This document shows, piece after piece, positions 13,790-25,972 of a DNA stretch of 64,000 bases. Position 1 is the stretch's first letter; each line of letters opens with the position of its first letter. The translations under genes were made by a program, and so were the position numbers. This stretch comes from Eledone cirrhosa (Eukaryota), in contig OZ024740.1 in assembly GCA_964016885.1 (NCBI GenBank), forward strand, positions 180,358,001 through 180,422,000. The letters run 5' to 3'. The notes under the pieces were generated by a model that had not been told where the DNA came from, did not search any database, and worked only from the letters and a program-made list of their open reading frames with translations.

Positions 13790-14652
13790 AATACATACAA
13801 ACGTATGCACACATAAGTAAACACTAAATAAACATACGCAGCTGCAGACATATATATACGGAAGACTTACAATGAAATAAAGAAAACATATTTTAATATC
13901 ATGAAAAAATTATGAAGAATTATAAAAAAAATTATAAAAAGTTATAAAACATTATAAAAAAAGAAATATGTATATATAAATATAAATACATGAATATAAA
14001 CCTAAACACACATTCACATACATATGAGCGCCCATATACATGTACAAATATTCGTACATATATGCGCAGAACATTACGCGCACTTATATAAGAAAAGACA
14101 TGCAGATATGAATATGAAAATACAAATTCCAATACATGTATACATATATACAATGGGAGGATGGGCTTTGGATACTATGGTGGTGGGACGGTGAGGATAG
14201 TGATGTTAACGGTGGAGATGCTGGTGTTGTGGGAATCAGTAAAGCGGGATAATTTAAAAATTCAAGTATTAAGTACGATGAAGATTATTGGAACATAAAC
14301 TTATAGTATAATAAGTGTGTGTGCATATATATATATATATATATATTTCGTTTATGAATTTGTTTAGCAAGATTCTTTATCTGAAAACGTGTGTTGAAAC
14401 CGATATTGTTATACTTTGGGAGGGTCATGTTGCCAATAAGAAATCACGCACCAGTTATTTTTTTTCAATTTATCATAATAAAGTTATAAATTTAAGAATT
14501 TATAAATTTCCGGTTGGTTGGTTGGTTCCACAGCCAGATGGTTGTTTATATATTGTCAAAGTTCTTTTGTCACTCATTATGTGACCTCTTCAGTGACTGG
14601 AGATTCTTTTCTTGTTTTTGTGCCTCTAATTCGTTCTGTCCTACGCCATCTT
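13090..14652. mobile_element. PLE-like non-coding element with about 280 bp inverted ends (13090-13370 / 14345-14652) and degenerate HHR (13399-13446, - strand)
   Basis: caagatggcgtaggacag / ctgtcctacgccatcttg; rc HHR cttgt-CTGATGA-gactaggataaccaggc-GAAC-ctccagag-TA-acaag; third end copy at 50025-50280. Confidence 0.7.
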
Positions 14653-14654
14653 GT

Positions 14655-14676
<22 letters not shown>

Positions 14677-14685
<9 letters not shown>

Positions 14686-16396
14686 TACTTGCCGCCACTC
14701 GCTTTACGCGATTTACTGGTCCCAATAACTTTTTTTAGTTATTGCTCGCACCAACCTGAGGTATATGACTTTTAATGCGATGAAAAATACCAATGATGGT
14801 TGGAAAATCACTGACGAAGGACTATTGTTATCATATGTAACCCATGTGCAACCACGCAGTATCCTTCTTTCTTCTCCTGTTTTTTATATATATTTACCTC
14901 GGCTGCGTTTATCTGTTTCTCTCTTACTGCGTCCCGCTCTCTCTGTGTCTCTCACCTTCTTTTTCCCCCTCTGTCAGTTACACTTTCTCTCGACAGACCT
15001 CTTCCGCGCACTTCCACTCACTCACTCTCTGTTTCTCCCATTCTCACTTCCTCCCGTTTGGCTTGTAGTGCGTCGCTTCTTGCTTCAATCTCACTCACGT
15101 CGGACGGTCTGTACCTCTCTTGCTCATGAAATCCACCCAGCTTTCGCTGACCGGACAACCATGTTGCTTGTTTATTTTCCTATCTTTGGTTTGCTTTTAT
15201 CCTTCTATGTTGTTTACTTGCCCCCCTCGCTTTACGCGATTTATTGGTCCCAATAACTTTTTTTAGTTATTGCTCGCACCAACCTGAGGTATATGATTTT
15301 TAATGCGATGAAATACCAATGATGGTTGGGAAATCACTGACGAAGGACTATTTTTTATCATATGTAACGCTATGTGCAACCACGCAATATTCTTATTTCT
15401 TCTCATGTTTTTTTATATATATTTACCTCGGCTGCGTTTGTCTGTTTCTCTATTACTGCTACCCCGCTCTCTCTGTTTCTCTCACCTTCTTTCGCCCCCT
15501 CTATTCGTTACACCTGCTCTCGACTGATCTCTTCCTCGCACTTCCACTCACTCACTCTCTGTTTCTCCCCTTCTCACTTACTCCCGCTTGGCTTGTAGTG
15601 GGTCTCTTCTTTCTTACATCTCACTCACTTCGAACGGTCTGTACCTCTCTCACTCATGAAATCCACCCAGATTATGCTGACCGGACATCCATGTTGGATG
15701 TTTATTTTCCTATCTTTGGTTTGCTTTTATCCTTCTATATTGTTTTCTTGCCCCACTCGCTTTACGCGATTTACTGGTCCCAATAACTTTTTTTAGTTAT
15801 TGCTCGCACCAACCTGAGGTATATGATTTTTAATGCGATGAAATACCAATGATGGTTGGGAAATCACTGACAAAGGACTATTTTTATCATATGTAACCCA
15901 TGTGCAACCACGCAGTATTCTTCTTTCTTCTCATGTTTTTTTATATATATTTACCACGGCTGCGTTTGTCTGTTTCTCTCTTACTGCTTCCCCGCTCTCT
16001 CTGTTTCTCTCACCTTCTTTCGCCCCCTCTTTCAGTTACACTTTCTCTCGACAGACCTCTTCCTCGCACTTCCAATCACTCACTCTCTGTTTCTCCCTTT
16101 CTCACTTCCTCCCGTTTGACTTGTAGTGGGTCTCTTCTTTCTTACATCTCACTCACGTCGGACGGTCTGTACCTCTCTTGCTCATGAAATCCACCCAGCT
16201 TATGCTGACCGGACAACCATGTTGCTTGTTTATTTTCCTATCTTTGGTTTGCTTTTATCCTTCTATGTTGTTTACTTGCTCCCCTCGCTTTACGCGATTT
16301 ACTGGTCCCAATACCTTTTTTTAGTTATTGCTCGCACCAACCTGAGGTATATGATTTTTAATGAGATGAAATACCAATGATGGTTGGAAAATCACT
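14677..16396. repeat. Tandem array, about 529 bp unit x about 3.25
   Basis: ttgtttacttgc-type anchor recurs at 14681, 15210, 15740 and 16268; paralogous spurious ORFs in the track. Confidence 0.95.
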
Positions 16397-16412
16397 TTCG
16401 AAGTCCGTTACA

Positions 16413-17030
16413 TGTTCTTGGCACTACCATTGTTACCATCCTTTTCCTCTAGCCATGGGGCTTGGAGACATGAACCGAATGCTACCATTCTATTTTATAT
16501 CAATGTGAACTGCTATTTCTAATGGCCATCTTTTCACCCGTTGATAATTTGTGTGTGAGCCTCGTTGGCTGAGGGCTTCTGACAGGAACTAAAAGATTGA
16601 TTCTTTTTAGTTCCCGTCCCCACGTAAAATTTGTAAATCAGTGGCTAGTTGAGAGATAGAGTCCTATCGGGTGCCAGTTGCTAATAGCTTTACCGTGTCA
16701 GTCGTCACAAACAGTCATGGCCGGCATAGACTGGTTTTAGAATTATGTCGATTGATTGGTTATTGATTAGGCAATACCCATAGATGAAGCCGCATAATAC
16801 GATTGTAAATTGTTGCATAATATATGCAGACAGATGGTCCAGTGCACCTTACTGCCGCATTAGTGCGGCGGAAACTCGAGTCCGGGAACCTTATAGGCAC
16901 ACATTTTACGTGTGTAGTGTTGAAGCAAATAACTTTGTGTATACTCTGGGAATTTATCTTACATTGCCCATGGTGTTTGCTATGATACAACCGGTACTGG
17001 CATTGATAAATATGCTGAGTCCGTCAAACC
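16413..17030 (+). mobile_element. About 600 bp HHR-bearing dispersed repeat (copy 2); HHR at 16777-16886
   Basis: ccca-taGATGA-a-gccgc-[~70 nt]-gcggc-g-GAAA-ctcgag-TC-cggg; homologous to 6805-7410. Confidence 0.85.
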
Positions 17031-17042
17031 GACTTCTTCTTC

Positions 17043-17091
<49 letters not shown>

Positions 17092-17184
17092 GACTGGTAA
17101 CTGCTAATTGTTTGGACACCTTCTTGTCTCTTTGGTTTTTCAGCGCCATGGATTGTGTCTATTACATTCCTTTGTTAAATTTCG

Positions 17185-17244
17185 AATATCTGATGATGTC
17201 ACCGGTTTCATACTGAACCCGGTCATTGAAATGTTCATAGCATA
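17185..17244 (+). ncRNA. Hammerhead ribozyme motif in a solo pLTR-like fragment (about 17088-17295)
   Basis: CTGATGA-tgtc-accggtttca-tac-tgaacccggt-catt-GAAA-tgttca-TA-gcat, then AATAAA; stem I eroded. Confidence 0.65.
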
Positions 17245-17289
17245 ATAAACCTTCAAGGAATTACAGCAGTCTAGCCTCCTCTTATTTTA

Positions 17290-17387
<98 letters not shown>

Positions 17388-19610
17388 TAGAAGGGATATT
17401 TAATTTGTTGGAAATTCAAAAATATAAATGTTTATAACTGATTCAGATATTTCTTCATTTTCAAATTCAGTTAGCAACAAACTGCTAATTGAATTTGAAA
17501 ATTAAGTAATATCTATTATACAAAACATTAAATTCAAGAAAAAAACAATTTATAGGCCAGGAATACCTTAACGACATCAAGAATAATATAGACAATCTTG
17601 AAATAACTAAGAAGATCCTCGTAAAATCTGATGAAACTAATAATGTATACGGAATGGAAAAGGACGAATATAATAACCTTATATTGAAAGAACTCAGAAA
17701 AAACTACAACATAATAACAAATGAAGACCTTTCAACGTTAAATAGAGAAGCTTCTGAAATAATTCATAAATTAGCTACCCCAAATAGGACTGAACCCTTT
17801 ATACCTAGAAAACAGAAAATGAACCTGAAAGACCACAAAAGGAATTTTGAAATAGAACTGCCAGTCAGACTTATAGCACCATCTAAATCAGACTTAGGCA
17901 TAATTAGCAAACATATATTAGAGAGAATTATACCGCTACTTAAAGAAAAATCACATCTGAAACTATGGAACGGTACTAACGAAGTTATAGATTGGTTTAA
18001 TAACATAAAATTTAACATAACAAAAAAATCATTCAAATGGATATTGCAAATAACTAGTCCTCTATAACTCCTAGTTTACTTAATAGGGCTCTTATCGAGG
18101 CATCTAAACATACAGATTTATCTAGTGATGAAATGCAAATAATTCTAACAGCACGGAAAGCATTAATAGAATTCAATAATCATCTCTGGACAAGAGCCGA
18201 TAGAAGAAATCATTTTGATATCACTATGGCATCATCTGACTTGGCGCAAATAAAGGATCTTGTGGGCTTATTTATTAATAATACACTGCATAGGAAAATG
18301 CCAGATATGACCGGTCGTTTATATCGTGACGATATGGTGCTTTTAATTGAAAACCATAGTAATTGCTAAATTAATGGGACAAGAAAATCCATAATACAAT
18401 TCTTCAATAATTATAACCTTAAGTTAGAAATAGAGATTAACAATAAAATCGTTAACTTCTTAGACGTAACATTAAACCTTAGCACATTGTTTTACTATCC
18501 TTTCCATAAAATTAACGAAAATCTAAATTACGTAAGTTTTAACTCTAATCATCCTAGATCTATTAAGAACACTATTGTCAATAGTGTCCAACAACGGATT
18601 TCACGCATATATGATAATAAAAAATATTTTTGATGATAAGGCTGAATATTATAATGAAGCTTTAAATAGACCAGGGAATTCGAATAAAATTAAATACATT
18701 GACGACAATAACATAGCAAATCACCCTAGTATTAATTATAATAATAATAAACAATTTAACTTAAACTCTAAACCAAACAAAATAATTAGAACTAGAAATA
18801 TTATTTGGTACTCCCCGCCATTCTCATTAAACGTTAAAACACCTTTAGCAAAGCTATTCTTTAAAGTACTAGACAAATGTTTTCCTGAAGCCCACAGATA
18901 CCACTCAATATTTAACAGACCTACTATAAAACTATCCTACTCTACTAATATGAACGTTGCACGGAATATAAATATAATTAATAATTGAAACTTAAATTTA
19001 AACCCTAACCAAAATAACCATAATAGCAATAGTAATATCCGAGCAACATCAACTCCGTAAAATGTAACTGTAGAATCAAATCAAAATCCCCTTTACAAAA
19101 TAAGTGTTTAGATAAAAACCTTGTCTATAAATGCACAGTTAAAACGAGAGATAATATATTTACCTATGTCAGTGCCACCTCTATACAATTTAAAGATCGC
19201 TGGAATAACCATAATCATTCTTTCAGAGGATCTGATAAAAAATCTTCTACTTCTATTTCACATATGGAACTTAAAAAGCAAGAATATAGACTATTCAATA
19301 TCTTGGAAAATGAGATCGATGGCACCTGCATACTGAAATATGGCTTTATCAAAATTCTGTAAATTGTGTATCGAAGAAATTTTTTATATAATTAACTGTC
19401 AAAACTCTATTAATCGCAGGACAGAATTAGTTTCTTATTGCAGACATCGCCAAAATTCTACATTCAGAACTATGTGTAATTTATAATATTCCTATCAATC
19501 TTCAAAACAATTTAACAATTTAAATTTTCAATATTTTAATATATTCATATTTCTAAATGGTAATATCTCTAATAGCTGTAGTACTTTCACCTTTCAGCAA
19601 AAATGTATTT

Positions 19611-19706
<96 letters not shown>

Positions 19707-20100
19707 GTGTATTGATATTTATATATATTTATGTATATCTATATAATTTTAATTTTAATTTGTTTAATTCTTTAATTCTTACATTATATTTTTCCAATGA
19801 CACCCTATAAAGATATTTTTAAACGTAGATTAATAACCATTAACTGACATAAGAAAGATGTATCCTATTCAAGACGATTTAAACATTCACACATCTCTCG
19901 ACTAAATAATTAATTAATCTACACTAACTCTTTAAAAAATGATCGATTAACAAAACAAAATTGGAGATATCTTTCCTTATTACATCAATATATACGTAAC
20001 TCAGTTAAATTAAAACATTCTCAAAGCCGAACAAGATATTCAAATATATAAATTCAAAATTTTAATTACCTATTTATTTACATAAAATACAAAATCAACA
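17388..20100 (+). mobile_element. AT-rich Penelope-like element (probably Nematis-type), decayed RT plus C-terminal GIY-YIG (about 17500-19480)
   Basis: Frameshifted ORFs: LKDHK..PVRLIAPSKSDLG, LYRDD, VNFLDVTLNL, NIIWYSPPFS, CNCR..PL..KCL..NLVY..YVS, CRHR; left end is an inverted pLTR piece (17390-17443). Confidence 0.9.
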
Positions 20101-20220
20101 CTTTTCAAAAGTAGAGTTGAGATGGAGGGTCTGTAGTTTTTCTCAGATGTGAGAAAAACCACAGACTCTCCATCTCAACTCTATTTTTGAAAAGCAGAAG
20201 AACTGCGAAACCGGTAAAGG
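20101..20220 (+). repeat. 45-bp-arm hairpin running into a degenerate HHR
   Basis: cttttcaaaagtagagttgagatggag..ctca-gatg-tgag..ctccatctcaactctatttttgaaaag, then gcag-aagaa-ctgc-GAAA-ccgg-TA-aagg. Confidence 0.75.
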
Positions 20221-20422
20221 AACCAAACAAATATATATATATTTTTTTTAAAATAAGACTCCAGTTACATTTTCGATTTCATCTGTATATATATATATAT
20301 AAGTATCAGTGCTTTGAAATAGCGATGTATGTATGAATGCATGTATAGTATATTTGATAATATACTGTATATTTATTATACATATATATACATACATACA
20401 CACACACACACACACACGCACA

Positions 20423-20454
<32 letters not shown>

Positions 20455-20985
20455 CATATATACGTATAAGTGAGAACCTGCGTCTGTGTATTAGTGTGTA
20501 TGTATGTGTATATAGGGTTTCGTGTATGTATGCATGTTTTTGTTATTGTATATTTTTGTATATATAAATATATATATTTACATATATATATATATATTCC
20601 ATGCACAACTACAAACCTACCCACGTTTACATTCATCACATGCCTTCCACTGAGCAGTTTAAAACCCTATTTCTAAGTATATTATCCCCTACTATATTGT
20701 CATATGTTTTACCACAGCCCTATTCCCCGACCTCACTGTCACTACCTCCTATCCACTTTATCTTAATTTCTCACCCTTTGATTAAATCGCCCTCCCCTAC
20801 CTCCAGTCTTCCTTTATTTGTACCGTGTTAGTTACTGAAACCTTAGTACTTGTCTGGTCACTCCAGAGTATGAAACTTACTATCTCACTTTAATAAAGTG
20901 AATACTAAAACTGTACACAGTTATTGAGTACACTTTTCACTCAGCCGTGAACCACATGCCGATATATATATATATACATATATAT

Positions 20986-22102
20986 ACTAGCTAGAAAAAT
21001 GCGTACAGCAAAAAAAAGTAATATTGTTGGAACAAACCTTTAAAAATACAGGACAAGGAAGTAAGATAAACCTTTAAAAATACAGGACAAAGAACTAAGA
21101 TAAAACTTTAAAAGAATAGGACAAGGAATATAAATTTTTACAATAATATTAGTGGCAAAATTCAATTGGTAAAAAATTGAGTTTCCATCATTACACCAAT
21201 TACAACTATGATGTTCCGCATGCATCCACTCCAACCATGATCACTTGTCTGTCATCTTTCCCGGTCCAACTCCTCGCGGATGACCCGGCGCAACTCGGAC
21301 TGGGTCGGAGCAGGAACTGGAGGGGGAGAGGGAGGGGTACGGGTCTTGACTCTGGGACGATGACGGCGAGTGACCAAGGTGAATGGGCCCGTGTTCGACT
21401 CGGAATCCTGCTGGTCCTCGATGACACTTTGAGGCACGGTTGACGGTTCCGGACTGGCTTCATGGGCAGTGGTAGAAGGGCAGGTGGATAGGGCAGAGTG
21501 CTTCTTCCTGGGAGAGCACTTGAAGCAGGTGAAGCCGGCGCCGGACTCGTTGAACCACTTCCAGACAGCACTGGGCATGTTGGCGCAGCAATGATGAAAG
21601 TTGAAGCAGGCGACGAGGGGGGAGGAGGTGGAGGCGTTGGTGCAGGAGCAACAGACTGCTGATTTGGGAGTCATTGTAGCTGGGGGATGCAGGCGCTGAG
21701 GGGGCTCGAGTAGAAGGGAAGAACAGAAATGAACCATGATGACTTTTCCTACATTTTTCCTGGCCCACTTCCTCATGAACCAATGAACCAGTTGGTACAA
21801 CTCGGACTTGGAGGAGGAACACAAGACAGGGATCAATTTCATTGTATTGATATTTCTCATTAAGTAATTTCGTGTTACTCAAATAAATCACTTTTATTTG
21901 ATCAATTATCTATTTTTCCAATAAAATGTTTGCCACTAATATTATTGTAAAAATTTATATTCCTTGTCCTATTCTTTTAAAGTTTTATCTTAGTTCTTTG
22001 TCCTGTATTTTTAAAGGTTTATCTTACTTCCTTGTCCTGTATTTTTAAAGGTTTGTTCCAACAATATTACTTTTTTTTGCTGTACGCATTTTTCTAGCTA
22101 GT
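20986..22102. repeat. 174-bp apparently perfect inverted repeat (20986-21159 / 21929-22102) with internal about 30-bp subrepeats
   Basis: actagctagaaaaatgcgtacagc..agtggcaaa / tttgccact..gctgtacgcatttttctagctagt. Confidence 0.95.
21252..21578 (-). CDS. Possible 108-aa ORF with a BED-zinc-finger-like N-terminus (transposon-derived or captured fragment)
   Basis: gccaacATG context; MPSAVWKWFNESGAGFTCFKC resembles S-x-VW-x-(F/Y)F...CxxC; the His ligand pair is not clearly present; GC-rich island. Confidence 0.4.
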   Translation of the reverse strand: MPSAVWKWFNESGAGFTCFKCSPRKKHSALSTCPSTTAHEASPEPSTVPQSVIEDQQDSESNTGPFTLVTRRHRPRVKTRTPPSPPPVPAPTQSELRRVIREELDRER

Positions 22103-22569
22103 TCCCTATTTTTCAAGGCAATGCAAACAACAACTACTTAATTAAATAGTTATTACTTTAGTTACTTCTATCAAAAAATCCCAAAAATGATGTTAATGAA
22201 AACTATAGGTGAAAGTGAAGCTATTCTTTTGTGACCTCTTAGTTACTTGTACCAATTTTGAATTTAATTCAAGCTACAGTGTCAGCCTGTGCATTGGAGT
22301 CACAGAAATAAGTTGAGATATTTTATCTAATTGGTACAAGCATCCACTCCACATGGCGGGGACATAGGTCAGATCGTGGAGCACTCACCTATCTTAAAAA
22401 TATTAACTTATGATAAATAAGAGTCATTTAAGAAAATACAATTTTTTTAAATTAGTAGGTGAGCATTAACAACTGAATCTAAATGGAGCAAATTTGCACC
22501 ATTTGCATTTAGTTGAAAATAACATTTTAATTAAACATGACAAATTCTAATGCAATAGAAGGCAAATAT

Positions 22570-22840
22570 CAATTTTCACATGCAAATTTTTTTGGGATTT
22601 TTTTCACGCGCGCCATTTTTGGTCGATTTTTTGTCAATTTTTCACATGCAAATTTTTTTGGGTTTTTTTGATTTTTTTTCACGCGCGCCATTTTTGTCGA
22701 TTTTTTGTCAATTTTTCACATGATAATTTTTTTTTGGATTTTTGGATTTTCTTCACGCACGCCATTTTTGTCGATTTTTTGTCAATTTTTCACATGATAA
22801 TTTTTTTTGGATTTTTGTATTTTCTTCACGCGCTTTTTGG
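22570..22840. repeat. About 70-bp tandem repeat, 3-4 copies (codes K/R/E-rich peptide repeats on the - strand)
   Basis: ttcacgcgcgccatttttgtcgattttttgtcaatttttcacatg recurs. Confidence 0.85.
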
Positions 22841-23415
22841 TATGCATTATTCATATGTTTTGCTTGTTCTGATTGTCTTTTTTCTTTTATTTCAGCAGCT
22901 TTCCGTTTTTTATACTCCCTATTCCTAATGGCATTTTTTCTCCGTTTTTCATTCTCTTTATGAATTTTTTGATCTTTGGGACATTCGGAAGCACTATCAG
23001 TCTCATTGAATTCAAATTCAGGTCCAGGATTTAATTCAACACAACCGATAATAAGCAATGATAAGATCAGTGCACGTGTTCTATATTTCTGATTGGAAAT
23101 CGGGTAAATTCGTTTATTGGATTTGTAAAAAGCCGCCTGAATGTGAATTTCATCATTCGAATTGCCCGATTGTGGAATTGTTTCATTCGAAATGGAAATA
23201 TTGCATTTTCGCGCCAGGCAAAAAAGTAATAAGCCGATCAAAAAGCCGCGAAACGTATATGGTGACTTTTTTCGAAAGCCGCGAAACGTATGAAGTGACC
23301 TTTTGCGATTTTTTTTGCGACCATTTTGGCGAGACTTTTGCAGGGAAACAAATTTTTCATTTGTAATAGTCAAAATAAATAAGCCGATAAAAAAGCCGAG
23401 AGACGTCATTTTCAT
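22753..23415 (-). CDS. 220-aa ORF: hydrophobic leader, 2A/StopGo-like peptide (GCVELNPG|P at 23046-23020), then K/E/R-rich helical region; probably a truncated 5' end of a transposon polyprotein
   Basis: RTRALILSLLIIGCVELNPGP fits G(D/C)(V/I)ExNPGP preceded by an aliphatic helix; open frame in non-microsatellite DNA. Confidence 0.6.
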   Translation of the reverse strand: MKMTSLGFFIGLFILTITNEKFVSLQKSRQNGRKKNRKRSLHTFRGFRKKSPYTFRGFLIGLLLFCLARKCNISISNETIPQSGNSNDEIHIQAAFYKSNKRIYPISNQKYRTRALILSLLIIGCVELNPGPEFEFNETDSASECPKDQKIHKENEKRRKNAIRNREYKKRKAAEIKEKRQSEQAKHMNNAYQKAREENTKIQKKLSCEKLTKNRQKWRA

Positions 23416-23739
23416 ATGTCAAATGAGCACACTATTCGCACCTATCGCAAATGAGTTCACTACTCGCACCTATCGGTACAAAAAATAGCACAACTATTCA
23501 CAACTATTAGTACAAATCCAAATGATTTTCTGAATTTCTAGTATATCAATCAGCGACTGCTTTGAAAGAGAACAATGCAGTGAGTGATTACTCATTTGAA
23601 TATAAATAGAAGACAACCTCAACTAGTTTGCAACGTGTGACCACTTATCGCGAGATAGGAGAACATAATAGCTCCTAATTAGCTCAATGATTAATGTTTA
23701 CTGCCACATTGTATCAACATTTAAAATTCAAATTCAAAA

Positions 23740-24305
23740 AAATAACCGCAGTCACTGGGGGGGGGGTTCAAATAACCACCGCACCCCGAATAACCGCAGT
23801 CACTAGGGGGGGTTCGAATAAGACCCTCACCCCAAATAACAGCAGTCACTGGGGGAGGGTTCGAATAAGCGCCTCACCCCGAATAATCGCAGTCACTGTG
23901 GGGGGGGGGGTTCGAATAAGCGCCGCACCCCGAATAACCGCAGTCACTGTGGGGGGGGGGGGGGGGGTTCGAATAAGCGCCTCACCCCGAATAATCGCAG
24001 TCACTGGGGGAGGGTTCGAATAAGCGCCGCACCCCGAATAACCGCAGTCACTGGGGGGAGGGTTCGAATAAGCGCCGCACCCCGAATAATCGCAGTCACT
24101 GGGGGGAGGGTTCGAATAAGCGCCGCACCCCGAATAACCGCAGTCACTGGGGGGAGGGTTCGAATAAGCGCCGCACCCCGAATAATCGCAGTCACTGGGG
24201 GGAGGGTTCGAATAAGCGGGGGGGGGGGTTCGAATAAGCGTCTCACCCCGAATAATCGCAGTCACTGGGGGAGGGTTCGAATAAGCGCCGCACCCCGAAT
24301 AACCC
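23740..24305. repeat. About 39-40 bp GC-rich minisatellite, roughly 14 units
   Basis: gaataa(c/t)cgcagtcactggggggagggttcgaataagcgccgcacccc. Confidence 0.95.
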
Positions 24306-25891
24306 CTTATCCTCCTCTGACCGGTCCCAAGAGATGCATCAAATGCACAGAGCGTCACCCTTACTCACTCACTTACTCACTTGAACACAGTTTTTTTCAG
24401 CAAACTTTGATCATAACTTTTTTTGTGCTGAACGAAATTTCGAGATTTTTAGCTTAAGAGATGTGCAATGATTTACTCTCCATGCTCATATAACTTTCAT
24501 GTGATTTTGATAATCGGAAGACATTCTAATAATGCTGTAAAGAGACGATTGCCAACGAAATCACTAAGACAACAATATTACTAAACCGACTACCGTCGGT
24601 TTAGGATATAAAGAATTTGACGGCACTAGCAAAACGTATATATACTATATATATATATATAGAAATGATTTCTACAAAACTGAAAGACTTAGACGTATAT
24701 GAATTCATACGAATAAGACAGTTCTATTCCTGTAGAAAATAGTTCTATATATGATAAAGATGTTTGTACTCTACTCACATATTGAGGTCCTTCCTTCGTC
24801 TGTGGACACCTCCTGATGTCCAAAGATGATAGGGTGGTGCATGTGTGTGTGTGCGTGTGTTTATGGGTGTGTTTAAACGGATTTTTTAAAGAAATTGATA
24901 TTCGTAACGTTATTTTACTAAAAGGATATGACCCTGAGCAGTCACCTCTTTTATTCTTGATTTGTTTTGCAGCTATATTCAAGATGCAATTCCATCCTTT
25001 CCCCATAGTCTACGTTAGTGTATAAATAAGTGTCGCATTTTACGAAGATCGCTCCACAGTATAGGGTGGAAAATGTTAATATGACGAATATGCTATTCAT
25101 CTATAATCTATAATTCAATCCTGCCACAGAAGAACTTGACTAGAAATGAATTCAGGCAAGTTTACTTGTCCTTAATTCACTATGCAAAAGCATTTTATTT
25201 TGTAGATAATTTATGAACCGATAGGTGTAGGTGATCTACTGATTAATCTTATAACCATTTATCAACCTTATTGGATTAATCATATTTGTATTGACAATAT
25301 TAGGGTAAACATACATAAATAAATGCAGAATTTCGTATCCAGATTCATATATGCAAGACTATTTTAAAAACCTAAGTAAGGATCAGGCAAGTCTTTGCCT
25401 CCATACATCCCATTAAAATATAAAAACTTCCAAGTTTATTTAGAATCATCAGCAAACAAATTCACAAGTAACTATCTCTTAAAAATGTAAATAACCATTC
25501 CACATTTCATCGCAATTATTATACAGCACATTTTCCAATAATCAAATGATGCGAGATTCTATATTGGTGAAGGCTTCCGAAAACAAACATAAGTAGACAG
25601 TTTATGTTTATATGAGACGGCAAAAGTTAGTTTCATGTGCCAGCTTGCCAATTTTTTGGCAAACTAGACAAGATGGGATTATTGGATCTGTCACCAAGGA
25701 AATTAATTGGAATATGATACAATATATATTCAGAAACTGCAACGTATCTAGCGGTAATTAGAAAGAATATACATAGAATATATGTTCACACGCAAACAGA
25801 CGTTGATGGATCTCGATACACATAGAAACAGTATCTTACTAGCACTCTCATAAACATACAGTTATCCGGAATAAACATTAGGTTTATACTA

Positions 25892-25972
<81 letters not shown>

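Larger units (their letters stand above)
20986..24606. mobile_element. Helentron/HINE-like rolling-circle element with sub-terminal inverted repeats (subTIRs), terminal hairpin and central tandem repeats
   Basis: Perfect 13-bp subTIR agtaatattgttg (21017-21029) / caacaatattact (24570-24582), immediately followed by hairpin ctaaaccgac-tacc-gtcggtttag (24581-24604); (ACTC)n-like tract at about 24362-24382; internal tandem arrays. Confidence 0.6.

Noticed and set aside
15285-15350. Permuted hammerhead in the 529-bp unit (ggtaTA-tgatttt / GAAAtacc / aaatca-CTGACGA)
   Set aside because: Strand order is not a valid circular permutation and stem II cannot pair; kept only as a half-motif
23740-24305. 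CRISPR-like regularity of the 39-bp repeats
   Set aside because: No unique spacers, no cas genes, eukaryotic context; it is a minisatellite
25340-25780. LFADDSK on the minus strand near 25440-25460 suggesting a CR1/L2 RT
   Set aside because: No flanking RT motifs in frame; may be chance or a too-degraded LINE
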